64,000 bases of DNA, from positions 7,588 to 71,587 of the forward strand of contig MNCI01001142.1 of the NCBI GenBank assembly GCA_015680685.1. The letters are read 5' to 3'. This document shows, piece by piece, positions 49,702 to 62,950 of the stretch. The notes beneath the pieces were generated by a model, which saw only the letters and a list, made by a program, of their open reading frames with translations, had not been told where the DNA came from and ran no database searches. Numbering within the stretch: position 1 is the stretch's first letter; each line of letters starts with the position of its first letter. This DNA comes from Gnetum montanum (Eukaryota; Plantae; Gnetophyta). The position numbers and the translations under genes were made by a program.

Positions 49702-52700
49702 GAGAAAAAGTTGCCGATAGCCTGATCCAGGTTTTGCACAAGGAAGGAATTCTCGAGTTCGGATCGAAGAAGATGGATCGCATTTTTCTGCGTGAGCAAA
49801 GGGGAAAGGAAAAAGGCGGTTATTCGTTTTTCATTAGGTTGCTGCGTGTTTTATTAATGCCTGTAACTTCTGCATATGGAAATAGAATTTTTTCTGGAAG
49901 AGGTATAGATGAGGCGGAGGCGGCAGGCGTCGGACAAAAACTTGCGCGATGCGGACGTGAGCACGGACAAAAATGCGCATCGCTCTCGCAGCTTTACGCG
50001 AAAGGAAACGATTCCTTACGCGGGACGCTGTGACATATGTTTGTTTGTTCAGCTCCAACTTTTAGACGTTCCCATTGTCAGGTTTGTGATATGCTTAAAG
50101 CTTGTCTGTGAACCCTAACAGCGTCTCGAAAAATTCCTTGTTTCTACCATGAAGATTGCTCCATGTTTCTATGTAATCTTTGATTTAGAGGAGCGATTAC
50201 CAATATTTACGTGATAATGCAGCTTGATGCTTCGGCATTGGCAAGGTTACTTCGTGTTAAACTCTCTATGTAATCCTTGGATTTATGGGAATGATTATGA
50301 ATATTTCTGCTTCGGCAACAGCAGCGGCAGGGGCAGAAGAGCCAGTCGGAGATATTATTATCGCTGAAATACGAGGCGACTGGCCACTGTCAAGTGGCGA
50401 CGCCGGAAGCACAGACTCGTGTCTGATCGGCTGGGCTGTGAAACGGGGAAGGGATTGGATCCAGTGACGTCGTCTGGTGAAGGTCGCCTGATCTTGAACG
50501 GCGTGCCTGCGCAGAAGGGCAGAGGACGGGCCAAGCCAAGGAGGAGAAAAGCCAAGCAAAGCATGCACAGGCGAGCGGAATCGCTACAACGAACGTGTGT
50601 GCGAGTGCGAGCGATTGCAACTTCTGCATTTTCTGGCATTGTGCGAGTAATTACAATTCCTGCATTTCCTGGCATTGTGATTATGAGATGTGCATTGCAT
50701 GCATTTGCTTTTGCATTTTCGAATACATTATTTGTTTGCTTGTTGCCAGGTGCTACACCACACTTACAAACGCAATCGCAATCAGAGTCAGTCACTGACT
50801 GGCTGCTGCTCTCTTTCTTTGATTCTTTCTGACTCCCGGTTCCCGCTTCTCGTTCCACCTCTGATCCATGTCGGCGTTACGTTGTATTTACTTCTCCAGC
50901 GTGTATTATATCGACCAGTAACTGTTATAAATTATATACCCTCTTTCCGTGATTTTCTAATTACCCCTTGGTGGGAGGATTTTTACGCAATGTTTTCTTA
51001 ACTTTCATGGATCCACGATGCCAGATTTCTACCAACATATCATACTCATCTGATTTCTATTTCTAATGAAGAGAAACATTTAAATATTTTACATAGGTTT
51101 TTGTTGTTATTTAACATTGAAAAGGTGTTTTAATTATTTCGATGTTATCTTATGTGAGGTAGTATTTAAGAAAATATAATAAATAGATCTAATGTGGATT
51201 ACTGAAAATAGATTGGCGAGTTGATATTAAATTGTCATGACTAAAATGTAATGTTTGATTCGTTGGGTCTTTGGATTAAACTCCCACTTTAAATGTACTA
51301 ACCTTGAATTAAATGGTCATTGACTTCTAAAAGTAATGATTAATAGGTGGAATTGATTAACAAGGTTGTGATTATACACTTATTCATTAGAATAGATAGT
51401 ACTTGTTCTAACCCTATTTTCATTTAAATGAGTAAATTAAAATTTACATATTTGATATGATATTGTGTATCATATTTACACTTTTATTTGAATAGAGGGT
51501 TCTTGAACTAACCCTATTTTCATTAGTTAAAATTTAAATATTTGATATGCTATTGTGTATCATATTTTGTTGTAGATTGTTATCTTCGTACTAAGACTCT
51601 TGATTTGGAAACTTGAAGTTATGGGTTTGATTTTGGCATTATAAAGTTGTAATTGCACTATATGTATTTATATTAAATATTTTTTAAAAATGGTATGGAT
51701 TATTACATTTTTCATCTATCTTTTATTTAAGCTAAGATCAAATATTTTATTACATTTATATTAATCACTATGCATTTGAAGCTATAAATAAGAAGTTTTA
51801 TTATATCATGTTTTGTTTCTTTTATAGTCCTCTTGTTACTATTGTTTTATGTTATTTATGTTAAATTTGAGTTTGGATACCTTTGGGTATTTTGAAAATT
51901 TGTATTTTTTGTCTATCTAATAGGATGTGGATGTCATTTAGGGGTCAAAAATGCAAAAAACAGTTTAAAATTGTTCTATGGTTGAATTATTAGCAAAATT
52001 TGGAACAAAGGCAAAATATAGTCACAATGTGGTTAAACTTGGTCAACATTAATTAATGTCCCATACATAATAATACATCTTTAAAATAGAAAAATTACAA
52101 AAATAATATTAAAATAATTAGATCAAAGTTGGGTGTTACTAAATAAAACTTCTTTTAATATTGGCTTAAAACCATACAAATATAAGTTGCACAAAGATGA
52201 AGAACTTTGAGCAAGGCGACAAGTTAAAAAGTTGCAAATGAATAAGTCTTTCATGTTGTAAATAGAATGTCTAGTGTCTTTCATATTGTAAATAGAATAT
52301 TTAGGTAATGAACATTCAAAATAGATTAGTGAGTAAATGCATAACTTTTAAAGAAGTGCAAGCATTCCATATCTTCTAAATTTGATACTTCAATAATTTC
52401 ACATCATGATTTACATTCCAAAGTAATTGAATCTTGGCCAAATACCAATATTAGAACTAATAATAGTATAAGCAAGCTTGGATTGGAATGGAAAAAATGA
52501 TTTGGCATTTATTCATAAACAATCCAACCATTATTAGAATTCGAAAAATAGTAGACTTTTTAAAGGAAATTGTACTATAGAGACCAGGAAGTCCATAAAT
52601 TATACATATGAAGAGATGAAAGAGAGGCAATGCCAAGCTTAGACCATGTACTACAAAGATGTGGACACTTAATAGGCCTTAGTTTATTATCAATGAAAAG

Positions 52701-53212
52701 CTACTAAGAAGATAAATTATCAATCATTGAAGCATTGAAATAGTAATTATGAGATTGTTAAAGTTCCCAAACTCGTTGATAAAACTCCAAATCTTGGAAA
52801 TGTGCTTTATGATAATAGAGCCTGAGATAGTAATATATATCTTTAGAAAAAAGAACTTAGTTTGAAAAATAAGCATCTTTCTAATAATTACTACCTATAG
52901 ACTTACCCATTTGGATATGCTTATGAAAAAGAAGTTGCTAAGGTTATATAGCATTTAAACACTTTACCACCCACTTGTCATATAAGGAAATACCTTGCTT
53001 GTAATAATTCACAAATCCTAATCCATCATTCTCTTTACAAGAAGTGCAAATATCTTAGGCAACACAACAAAAACACTTTTTAAAATGGCAACACAACAAA
53101 GATACAAGTTTTGCATAAGTTATTCAATATTGATAAGCAGCAAGAGTTCTCTATTCCCAACCATATAAATCACATAGATAATTCATGCAACTTGATTGTA
53201 ATTTATGGATAG

Positions 53213-54077
53213 TGGTGAGTGGTGAAGGGTACCGCTGCACCCAACCATATGAATCATGAAACATTCATGCACGATCTAGTTGAATTTCGTGGACTCTATG
53301 TCTTCTGATACACTAGTCTTCTAGGAAGTAAACTTTGCCCTAATAGTCATTTGTTGTCTTCTCAATTACACTTGTGATGCACAAGGTATGGTTAAGTGTA
53401 ATTGAGGCATATGATTTTTGTTATTTTGTGTTTTATGTTCTTGGTACTTAAAATAGAGAAATGAAGTGATTTAATAACTAATTTGATTTAAATAATTAAC
53501 TAATCTCTAACTAGTCCTAACATAAGCATCCGGTCCCACTTTTTGTACACGTCTTGAACCCATGTATCCACTATTGAGGTCACCAAGCGTTATCCTACTA
53601 AGTGAACCAAACAATAACACTGCTGGGATTACCAAGCAAATACGTACTTGTGTGTTTAATCTTTTTAGCTTAATTAATTAACTAATCACTTGAAGTCTAA
53701 TATAGATTAATTAATTGCATAGTTAATAAAAACAATAAATTCATAAATGAATCATTAATCTAATCTAAGTGCTGTAAGGTTTGGTCAAAAGGCTCATGTT
53801 TATTGTTGTTCACACTGGTGCGCTCAGGTACAACAGTGCTTGAATAAAGATCCATACACTTTCTAACTCCTGCTATAGGCACTTAGAGAAATATTCTAAC
53901 TCTCAAATGGAAAAACTGCAAGAGCTTTGCTACAATTATCACTTGACATTGCCATAAACATGACTAGTGAGTAGTAAATGGGGGCCCATAAATGCAGCAA
54001 ACACTACGTTGACGTAACCTCGTTGATGAGGCCATGTTAATAGGGGTCCATTGACATGACACAAGGAAGATTCATCA
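53213..54077 (-). repeat. E4 3' LTR
   Basis: tggtgagtggtg..caaccatatgaat is homologous to the LTR ends of E1, E2 and E3. It terminates in catca plus PPT. Confidence 0.88.
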
Positions 54078-54315
54078 TACCCCCATGACTGAATGAAAAC
54101 TTATCCTTAAGTTCCTTTAAAAAATTGGGAAGGTATGTAATTATTGATTGACTCTTGACATAACAAACTAACTTGAAAAAAATGAGTGCCCGAGTGTAGA
54201 AGTCAACAACATTACAAAAATTGTGGTATTGAAAACACAAAATTGAACACCATGACATGACTACTTAAAAAATTGGACATCACATCCTCTGATGACATGA
54301 AGGTAGTTGTGAAGA

Positions 54316-57166
54316 TTAGATAGTCCCAGGCGGTGGAGGTTCTTGAGGCATCGGCTTCAAGCACATGCAGTGGCTGAGGTGGCTATGGTTGTCTTGTTGT
54401 GGTTGCAACCTTTAGTGGAAGGCAAAAGGCATCTCGTAATGACTTCATCTTCTCCTCCTTACCCCAAGGATTATTCATAGTCCACATGGCATTGTCAATG
54501 TGGGTTGGCATGGGGATATCCCACAAACAGAGCATTACTAGGAATAACTCCTTAACATTGACAAACTAGGTAGTAAATTGTTTACATTCAACATTGAACA
54601 CCCTTACTATGTTTTGCATCTCTTGGTAGTCATTCATTTTTTTGGCTAAGTTCTGGATAGTAGATCTCTGATCAGTGTATTTTCCCTTGAGAACCTTGAG
54701 TTCCACATTTACCACCACAAGCTTTTGTTTGGTGTCCTTGTGGTGCTTGAACTTGACCTCGCCTAACAAGTATGATCTAGCCACTTGCTTCTCTAGTTCT
54801 GACCATGGCCATTCGGTAGTCAACATAGCTAGATTTGCATATCGAAGATTGGCAAGCTGCATGTATTTTATCATCTCCTCAATTTGCAACTCATTCATGT
54901 AGATTTCTGCTTTATTGTAGGCATCTATTCCATCAATGATAGGTTGCCACAATTCTATTCCTTGTTGGAGTTGCTGGAGGGTTTCATTTACTTTTGCGTT
55001 CACCAACTAGATGTTTTTTTAATTAACTTCCTTTTATAGATCAACTTGATCTCTGTAATGATCCTTGACTCTCTCAAATTTGAGAGCCATTGAATTTTAG
55101 ATAGCTACCTCTATTGTAGTCTTCTGGTAAAGGGCACAGACCTCATCCATGCAGAGGTTTCTATTTTTAGCTGCCAATCTCCTTATCTCTGTGTTTGCTT
55201 TGGCTAGTTGCTCCTGTTGTTGATGGATAAAGTCAATCAACTATTGTTTATGCTCATTAACATTTTGTAGGCGATGGTTCTCTATTATCAATTATACATT
55301 CTCTTGACAAGTTATATCCAAGGCCCTCTAAATTTTGTGTTGTGTAGGCTTTGCCAAGGATTGATACAACAACGCCATCTCCATCGCATCCTCAACTCCT
55401 TTTAGTTTGTTGTGAAGTTGTCCAAGAGCTTCATCTGTTGTCAATGAAGGTTTGAGAAATGTAGGGTTAGCAATTTGGGCTCTTAGTTTAGCAACTTAAG
55501 TAGCCAAATGTTCATTAAGCTCCTTGGCTATTTTTAGTTGCCTTTCCAAGATGATGTTTTTGCCCCTTGCCTCTAGTAGCTTCAACTAGATTGCAATGAT
55601 ACCATTTAGAAGATTGAAGATGTCTGAAAGTGATTTTCTAGTTTTTATCAACCGGTCTAGTAGTTCTTCATGTTTTGCTACACTTAATCTATCGCTTATG
55701 ATTCATATGGATCTCTGCACATATTTGAGTGCAATGATGTCTGGTACAGATGCTATAGGTGCATTGAGTGTTTCTACAATCCTATCAACAACCACCTCTA
55801 CTACTATCTCTTGCCCTTGGTACTTCATCACAACACTGTTGTCCCCTCACCTTTCTCCAAGCACACTGAGAAGGTCATGGTGTTCCTAGGGATTTCTGGG
55901 AGTGGCTACTATTCTATGAGAGATATCGTGACCTCTCTAGCACTAGGATTTGGCCTTGTGGAGAACTACGTTCTTTGGGTCGAGAAAATGGATCCACCTC
56001 CACCCATTAGGCTCATTGTTTTGGCCACCTCATTTAGGTGACTCATTACTAGTCGATACATAAATGAGTCCCTACCACTCATGCCTACTTGTTGTTGTTG
56101 TTTAATCAAGAGCCATTCTTAATATTCATACAACCATTGGACTGTTATAGCAATGTCCAGCATAGTTTTTTTAGAGGTAAGTGGAGGTGGTGGCTATTGC
56201 TCCTCTTTTTGAATGGTCATTATAGGCATCTTATCTTTCATCATCTTTGTCCAATTAGTAGTTAGAGCATGCCTAAAAGCATCATTTGTATAACAAACTA
56301 TTCCTCCTCTCTGATAGAGTTTTCTGATGAGGCATGGAAAGGGGAGTGCCTTCCTTCCACATTCATTTTCTTTAAATTGCTTCTCCATCTCTAAATAGAT
56401 TAGCTGTGGAAGGTTGATAGGGAATCTCCCACTTAGAGTGGTGCATGCACGGGTAGAAAAGGTGGTGATCTTGCTGGGCCTTACCGTGGGGCTTAAGTGG
56501 AAGGTTGTAATCTTGTAGTGGATTCTTTCTACTAGTGTGAGTGTGTCAAAATCTTTGTGGTTGACATCATAGCACCATTGCATCCATTCCTTTTTGATGA
56601 TGGGGTCCATCTGCATTAAAATATTAGTGAGATTTGCCCTTATTTTTGGCAAACCTAAGCACTTTAGCAATGGCCTACATTGAGTAGGATATTGAGATGT
56701 CCTTGATTTTGACCATTGAATTAGCTTGCCTATTGTTCCAAAATAAGAATGTCTCTCCCATGTACCACTCCCTAGTGGAAGTGATAATTGGCCACATGGA
56801 AGAGGTCTTTAGTTGGTCCTGTACTTCTTTAGGTGCTTGCTGTAGGAAAGGGCCAAAGTTTAACTCTTAGAGCACTATTTTTTGGACCTCCCTTGATCTG
56901 ATTTGATTCAGGTAGACTTCTATCAAGGTCATCTCAAGATTTGCTTGTTGAGTTGGTGCCTCATCCTGGTGGGAATGTTCTATTGATGCTGTTGGTTCTA
57001 GAATTTGACGAATGGATTCTAGCTCAGCCTCTTCCTTGAGAGGACTTGTGGTGTGGGTTGTAAGTAATTCTTCTTGGGCTTGTTCTTGGCCCCTTCCCTT
57101 TCTTGGATATTTCTCCCTTTGTTGAGATAGTTTTCCTTCTTACATGTGCTTCCCTTTGGGTGCCAT
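54316..57166 (-). pseudogene. E4 extra 3' ORF (about 950 codons; N-terminal plant-transposon-protein-like region plus long coiled coil)
   Basis: ATG GCA CCC AAA at 57166. ORF fragments 56194-56670 (INLPQLIY..LPFPCLIRKL) and 54566-55006 (heptad-rich). Stop at 54316. Confidence 0.82.
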
Positions 57167-59359
57167 TTGTAGTCACAACACATCCATGAATTAGTAGGTA
57201 TAACGTGTGACTTTGAATATTTTGAGTACCTTATCTTGTTAGTTAGTTACTCTTGGCTAAGGTTGGTCCATGGCAGATTAATATTTTATTAATTAATTTC
57301 ATTATAAGTGTCACCGAAGCTTGTTGGAAAAGTTTAACTCTATAATTTGGTGTTTAAATGTTGATTTCTGAGTTAAAAATTTGTGGGAGTTAGAAAAAAA
57401 ATGGTGAAATATTTTTGGTAGAGAATGGCACATTTTTGGCCCCCATGACTAAGAGCTTACCTCTGGTAGCTACAGGGTTAAAGAATGGAGTGATTTGGAT
57501 AAATGGTTAGGAAGTTATGGGCTCTAGAAGGTTTTGGGCTTTGAAAATTTTAAAAACTTTCTTGGTGTTTATGAGAAAATGTGAAAATTTCAAAGGGGGC
57601 TCATGCATATTTATGCTATTTTTCTACTACATCAATAGGGTCGTGTATATAGGGCCTTGTATATGTATCAACTTTTTTGATGGGGCTTCGTATACAAAGC
57701 ATGTAGACTAAATTTTCAAACTTGAATATCTTGAAAAATACAAGCAATTTTTGAATGAATTTGGGGTCCATGGAGTCCTAGAAAAGCCAAGAATATGATG
57801 AAATCATTGAAGAGGATCTTTGAAAGCTCAAAAATTGAAAAAATTTGATAGAGAATGTGTGCATATAATAAAATATGTAATGGAGTACATGGTTTGATGC
57901 AGAAGATGGGTGTATGAAAGATTTTGGTTGCAAGAGTGCCTATGGATAAGGTGCTTAATGAACCCAACCAAAAGATATGCAAGTGGATCCTCCCCATAGC
58001 ATGCACATGCCTTGTTTACCATTGCATAATCTCAACCTAAGGAGTCCATGGACCCCACAGGTGATTAATGGTTGATGAAAGTTAAGGACTAAAATTTGGA
58101 AGATTCTACCAAAGAATTCAAGCATGTCAGACAAAGATACCAAATTAAGAACATGGACACTGGTAGTGACGTGAGTTATGGAAGCATAGACAGATGATGG
58201 AGAAGGTAGAATGGAATTTTGAATTAAGGTCATAAGAAGTCTCATGTGGATTTTATGTTTAAATGACCTAAGAAGATCCATCCTTAGTCTAGACCAAAAC
58301 CAACCATGTTTAGTGACTTCACATCTCCACTTCAAGACCTATCCACCCCCTCAAGATACAAGAGTACTCCCATAGAATAACCACCATTTCATAAAGAGAA
58401 GAAAAGAGAGGTATGAAGTGAGAGAGAACCTTAGTTAGAGGGGACCTTCAGGCATGGGTAACATGTCTTTCTAGTTCCATAACCAGTGCTTGTAGCCTAT
58501 TTATTTGCCTAAAGGGTGTGCTTTGAATTTCCATCATGTTTTTTTTTAATTTTTTTTATTTTGTTTTTATTTTTATCTTTTTTTTTATCTTTTTGAATGG
58601 GAATCACACCATGCAAAGACTTCATTTAACTTCCTATTATTGGTTGACATGGAATGATAAGAACTCTATGAAAACACTCATTCATGCACCTGAGCAAGTA
58701 GAAGAGTACAAAGAGTATTGAGTCCCCTTGAAGTTACACCTTGTAAAAACCTTTGAATCCTTCCTAATTATGAAGACTACTAAGGTCAAAAATTTATCAG
58801 AATTTTATTTAATAGAAAGGAACCTCAAACTTCTAAAATAAGGAAAATCATAGAGTTTGTAAATGGGTGGATGTTGTAAACTCACTACCTATTCCAAGAA
58901 AAAGAAACCATGACTTAGCCATTGGTACAAAAATTTATAAATAGAACCAAACATTAGCAAATATAACATTGAGAATAAACAACCATTATTAATAACTACA
59001 GCACCACTATGTCCTATTGGCACAAAGCACATTTATTAACAAAAAAATTAGAAAATATCACTAAAATATAGTAGAATATATAAAAAATTATAAAATACTC
59101 AAGAAAGATTTAAATGTACTAACAATGGTGTAAAAAAAATGATGTAAAATAGAAAGAAGTTTTAAAAGTAAAACAAGATGTAAAATAAAGAATTTGCAAA
59201 GAAAAAAATGTGTAAACAAAAAAATACAAAAAATAGAAAAACTGAGTGATGAAGATGATTAGCATGGATGGCCATCTCCCCCATGACTAAGTTGGAAGGA
59301 GGAGATTCAAAAGATTGAGTGTGGTTGTTCATTCGTTGAGGTATTTGTTGCACTAGCTT

Positions 59360-62300
59360 GCTTGAGCTCGTGGAATGGCTTTATCTATTGGATGTTGACC
59401 AATTGAATTTTGTTTGGGCTTTCAAGGTTGTATATGATCATGGCCCTAGAAGGAAAGGTTTCCTCAATTATATAAGGTTCCTTCCACAATGTTTGAAATT
59501 TGGTTTTTTGAGGTATGTGTGTGGGATTCGAATAGAGAGCCTTATCTCCTAGTTAAAATTTCACTTTTTGTATTCTAAGATCATGATGTTGCTTGTTGAA
59601 TGCCTTGTGCAATTCATTCAAAGATAGGGCTACCAATTGATTTTTTTCTAGCACATTGAGGTTGATCATTATTTCTATTTGTGCCAAACTTATGTCAAAA
59701 TCCAAGTCATAGGCTGTTGAGAGTGTGCGAAGCTTAGATTGGATTGGAAGTGTTGGAAGTTTTTTGTACACCAGCTCATAGGGAGAGTAGCCAATAGGGA
59801 GTTTCTATGTTAAGAGGTAGGCCCAAAGGGCATCATTGAGCTTTGTGCTTCAGTCTCTTCTATATTTGCTAATAGCTCTTATTAGAATCTTTGTGATCTC
59901 CCTGTTAGTCACTTCTGCTTGACTATTGGCTTGGGAGTGATAGGGTGTTGTTAATTTATGTTCAAGCCCCAAGTGTTGCATGAGTTTTTAAAACATGGCA
60001 CCTGTAAAATAGGTTCCATTATCAGAAATTAGTGCACATGGCGCCCCAAACTTGTTCATAACATTTTGTTATACAAATCAAGTAGCAATGGATGATGTAT
60101 AGTCGGTGACAACAACTACTTCTACCCATTTGGTATAGTAGTCAACAACGATGATTATATTCATATTCCCATTGGACATGGGTGTGATGGAACCCATGAA
60201 ATATATGTTCCATATGTCAAAGGATTCCAATGTTTGGATCCACTATTGAGGATCCTCTATTTATATGGTCATCCCACCATCTCATTGATGATGTTCATAT
60301 GATTGACCAAATTGGAGGGCATCCCTGAAGATTATAGGTCAATAGTATTCTAGAATTAGGATTTTTATGGTTGTGAATCTCCTAGCATAGTGGCCTCCAC
60401 AAGGGCTTTCATGAGCATCTTGAAGAACATGTAATTAATCTACATTAGGTACACACTAGCGAACTAGGCCATCGATACATACCTTATAAAGGTGTCCATT
60501 GATTTCCATGAAGTGCTTAGCCCAATGAAGAAACTATTATTTCTTCCTATGATCCATATATTATGACGTCTCTTGAGTGAGAAGATAAGTGAAGATGCCA
60601 TCATACCATTTTCGTTTTATAGGCATTTGTTTATTGCAGTGGCAGAGAGGAGTCCATCGAGAAATTGGTGAGAGAGTAGACTCTCCTCCTCTTTGTTATT
60701 CCATCATAATCAAGACAAGTGATTAGCGACCACATTCTCAGTCCCTTTTCGATCTACCATTGTAAGATTGAATTCCTATAAGATCCTCAACCATCATATG
60801 ACATAGGGACTCATCATTATCTTATTCATGAGAAAGCAGATTGCACTATGATCAGTGTGCACAAACATTTTATATCCAAGCACATAGTGCCTGAACTTTT
60901 CTAGAGCATACCCCACCGCCATCAATTCTTTCTCAATGCTAGTGTAATTTAGTTGTGCATACACAAAGCTTTGACTTGCGTAGTGGATGTAATATGGATA
61001 TATCTTATCATCTAGCTGCATAAGCACAGCTCCATAGGCATAGTTAGATGCATATGTCATGATATGGAATGGTTTGGACTAGTCAAGTGCTTGTAGAATT
61101 GGAGCCTCTATGAGCTTTTTCTTGAGGCTTTGGAATGTATTTTCACATTCCCTGGTCTAGTGAATGAAGCATCTTTCTTTGTCAACTCAACCAACAATTT
61201 TACGTCTTAGAGAAATTCTCTATGAATTGCTGGTAGTAATCAATGTGTCCAAGAAATGACTGAACATCTTTTACAATTTGTGGTTGATGGGTGATTCATT
61301 GGATGATCCTTATTTTCTCAGGGTCTACCTCAATCCCTTCCTGTGAAATTGAGTGCCCCAATACAATGCCCTCTTGGGCCATGAGATGGCTCTTTTACCA
61401 ATTGAGTTGAAGATTTATCTCCACAAACCTTTTTAGTACTTGCTTAAGGTAGTCCAAGGCTTGCTCAAATGTAGCACCATAAGTGGAGAAGTCATCCATG
61501 CAGACTTCCACTTTGCAACCTATTTGCTATTGGTAGGGGAATTGCATAGACCAAAAGGCATTTTGTGATATGCAAAGGTCCCCCAGGGACTTGTGAATGT
61601 TGTTTTGGCCTTATCTTCTAGTGTAATCTAGATTTGATTATAGCTAGTATAACCATTCAAAAAACTGTAATAGCAATGTCCAAATATGGTGTTTAATACC
61701 TGATCAACGAATGGCAATGGAAAACGATCTTTGAATATTGCCATGTTTAACAACTTGAAGTTGATGCAAACCAGCTATTTGCCACCTCTCTTTGGCACTA
61801 TCATGAGTGGGTTGACCCACTCGCTATCTGTAATGGTGTAGATGAACCTTGTCTTAAGGAGTTGCTTAGTTTCCTCTTTGATAATTTGCTTCAATTTTGG
61901 ATTTGACCACTATTGTGGTTACCTCCTTGTCTTTATGGCTGAATTAGTGTAAATGTGATGATGGCATATCTATGGATCAATTCTAATGAGTTCGAGATAT
62001 TATCAAGCAAAGGCTATTAGCTGTTTGTTGACCACTTTTAATAGTTTTTCTTTCTACTCAAGAGCAAGTTTGGCATTGAGTATGATCATCTTGCCATTTT
62101 TCAAGAATGCATATTCTAGGCTGGCAAGAAGAGTTTTCAACTCTAGAGGCTCTTGTTTAAAATTCTCAAGGATCTCCAACTCTTCCCAATTGGTATTAGC
62201 ATTTTCATCATCAAAGAGTTGGTGATGAACTTGCTCTAGTTCATCCATGCCTATGACATAAGCTTATTTTAGGCTCTTAGCAAGTTCCATGCACATTGTG

Positions 62301-62950
62301 CTATTGTTAGAATCAACGGTCAGTCACTAGGTACCCTCTAGTTTTGTGGCTACTACATATAGAAACCTTTGAATGTCTACTTCATGTGCACACTACTTGC
62401 ATGTAGAAATAGATGCTCATTTCACAGACTAGTGCTGTTGCACATAATTGCACCTTGTATTGATGTACACGATGCATGGAACTTGTTTCTTCTTGATCTT
62501 TCTAAATGCATTTTCCCTTGATATCTCTAAGGAAGATCTGTGATGGCCATTATTGCATCTATAGTTCTTAACCATGCCCTTTCCATAATGATTGGGAAAT
62601 CCCCCTTTCAATTTTCAACCTTGATTACTAGGAAATTAGCAAGATAAGACCATCCACAAAAAGTCATCATAATGTCTTTAACTAGTTCCAATGGAATAGT
62701 GACGGGCTAGTCTACCAATTCCAATATAATATTGCTCTTCTTAAGAGTTGGAAAGTTATAGGTAATGTACATCTCATGAGATATCAAGTTTGCACTAGAA
62801 CCGGAATCAAGAAGAGCCTTACATGGTTCATTCCTAGAAATTTGTAGATAGATAAGAGGGATTATAGGATCAGCTAATTTCCTAGGAAGGTTGCCAACTA
62901 GGATCCAATCAGATACAACATGGGTGAGCATAATAGTATTGATTTTGGGG
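59360..62950 (-). pseudogene. E4 pol remnants
   Basis: PR, RT, RH and IN motifs in gypsy order with many stops. There is a short deletion between GLCN and MDDF (about 61500-61550). Confidence 0.9.

Noticed and set aside
49909-50118. DVL/RTFL peptide (RSFTRK; QKCASL in another frame)
   Set aside because: The diagnostic core (EQRARxYIxRRCxxMLxCW) is absent in all frames.
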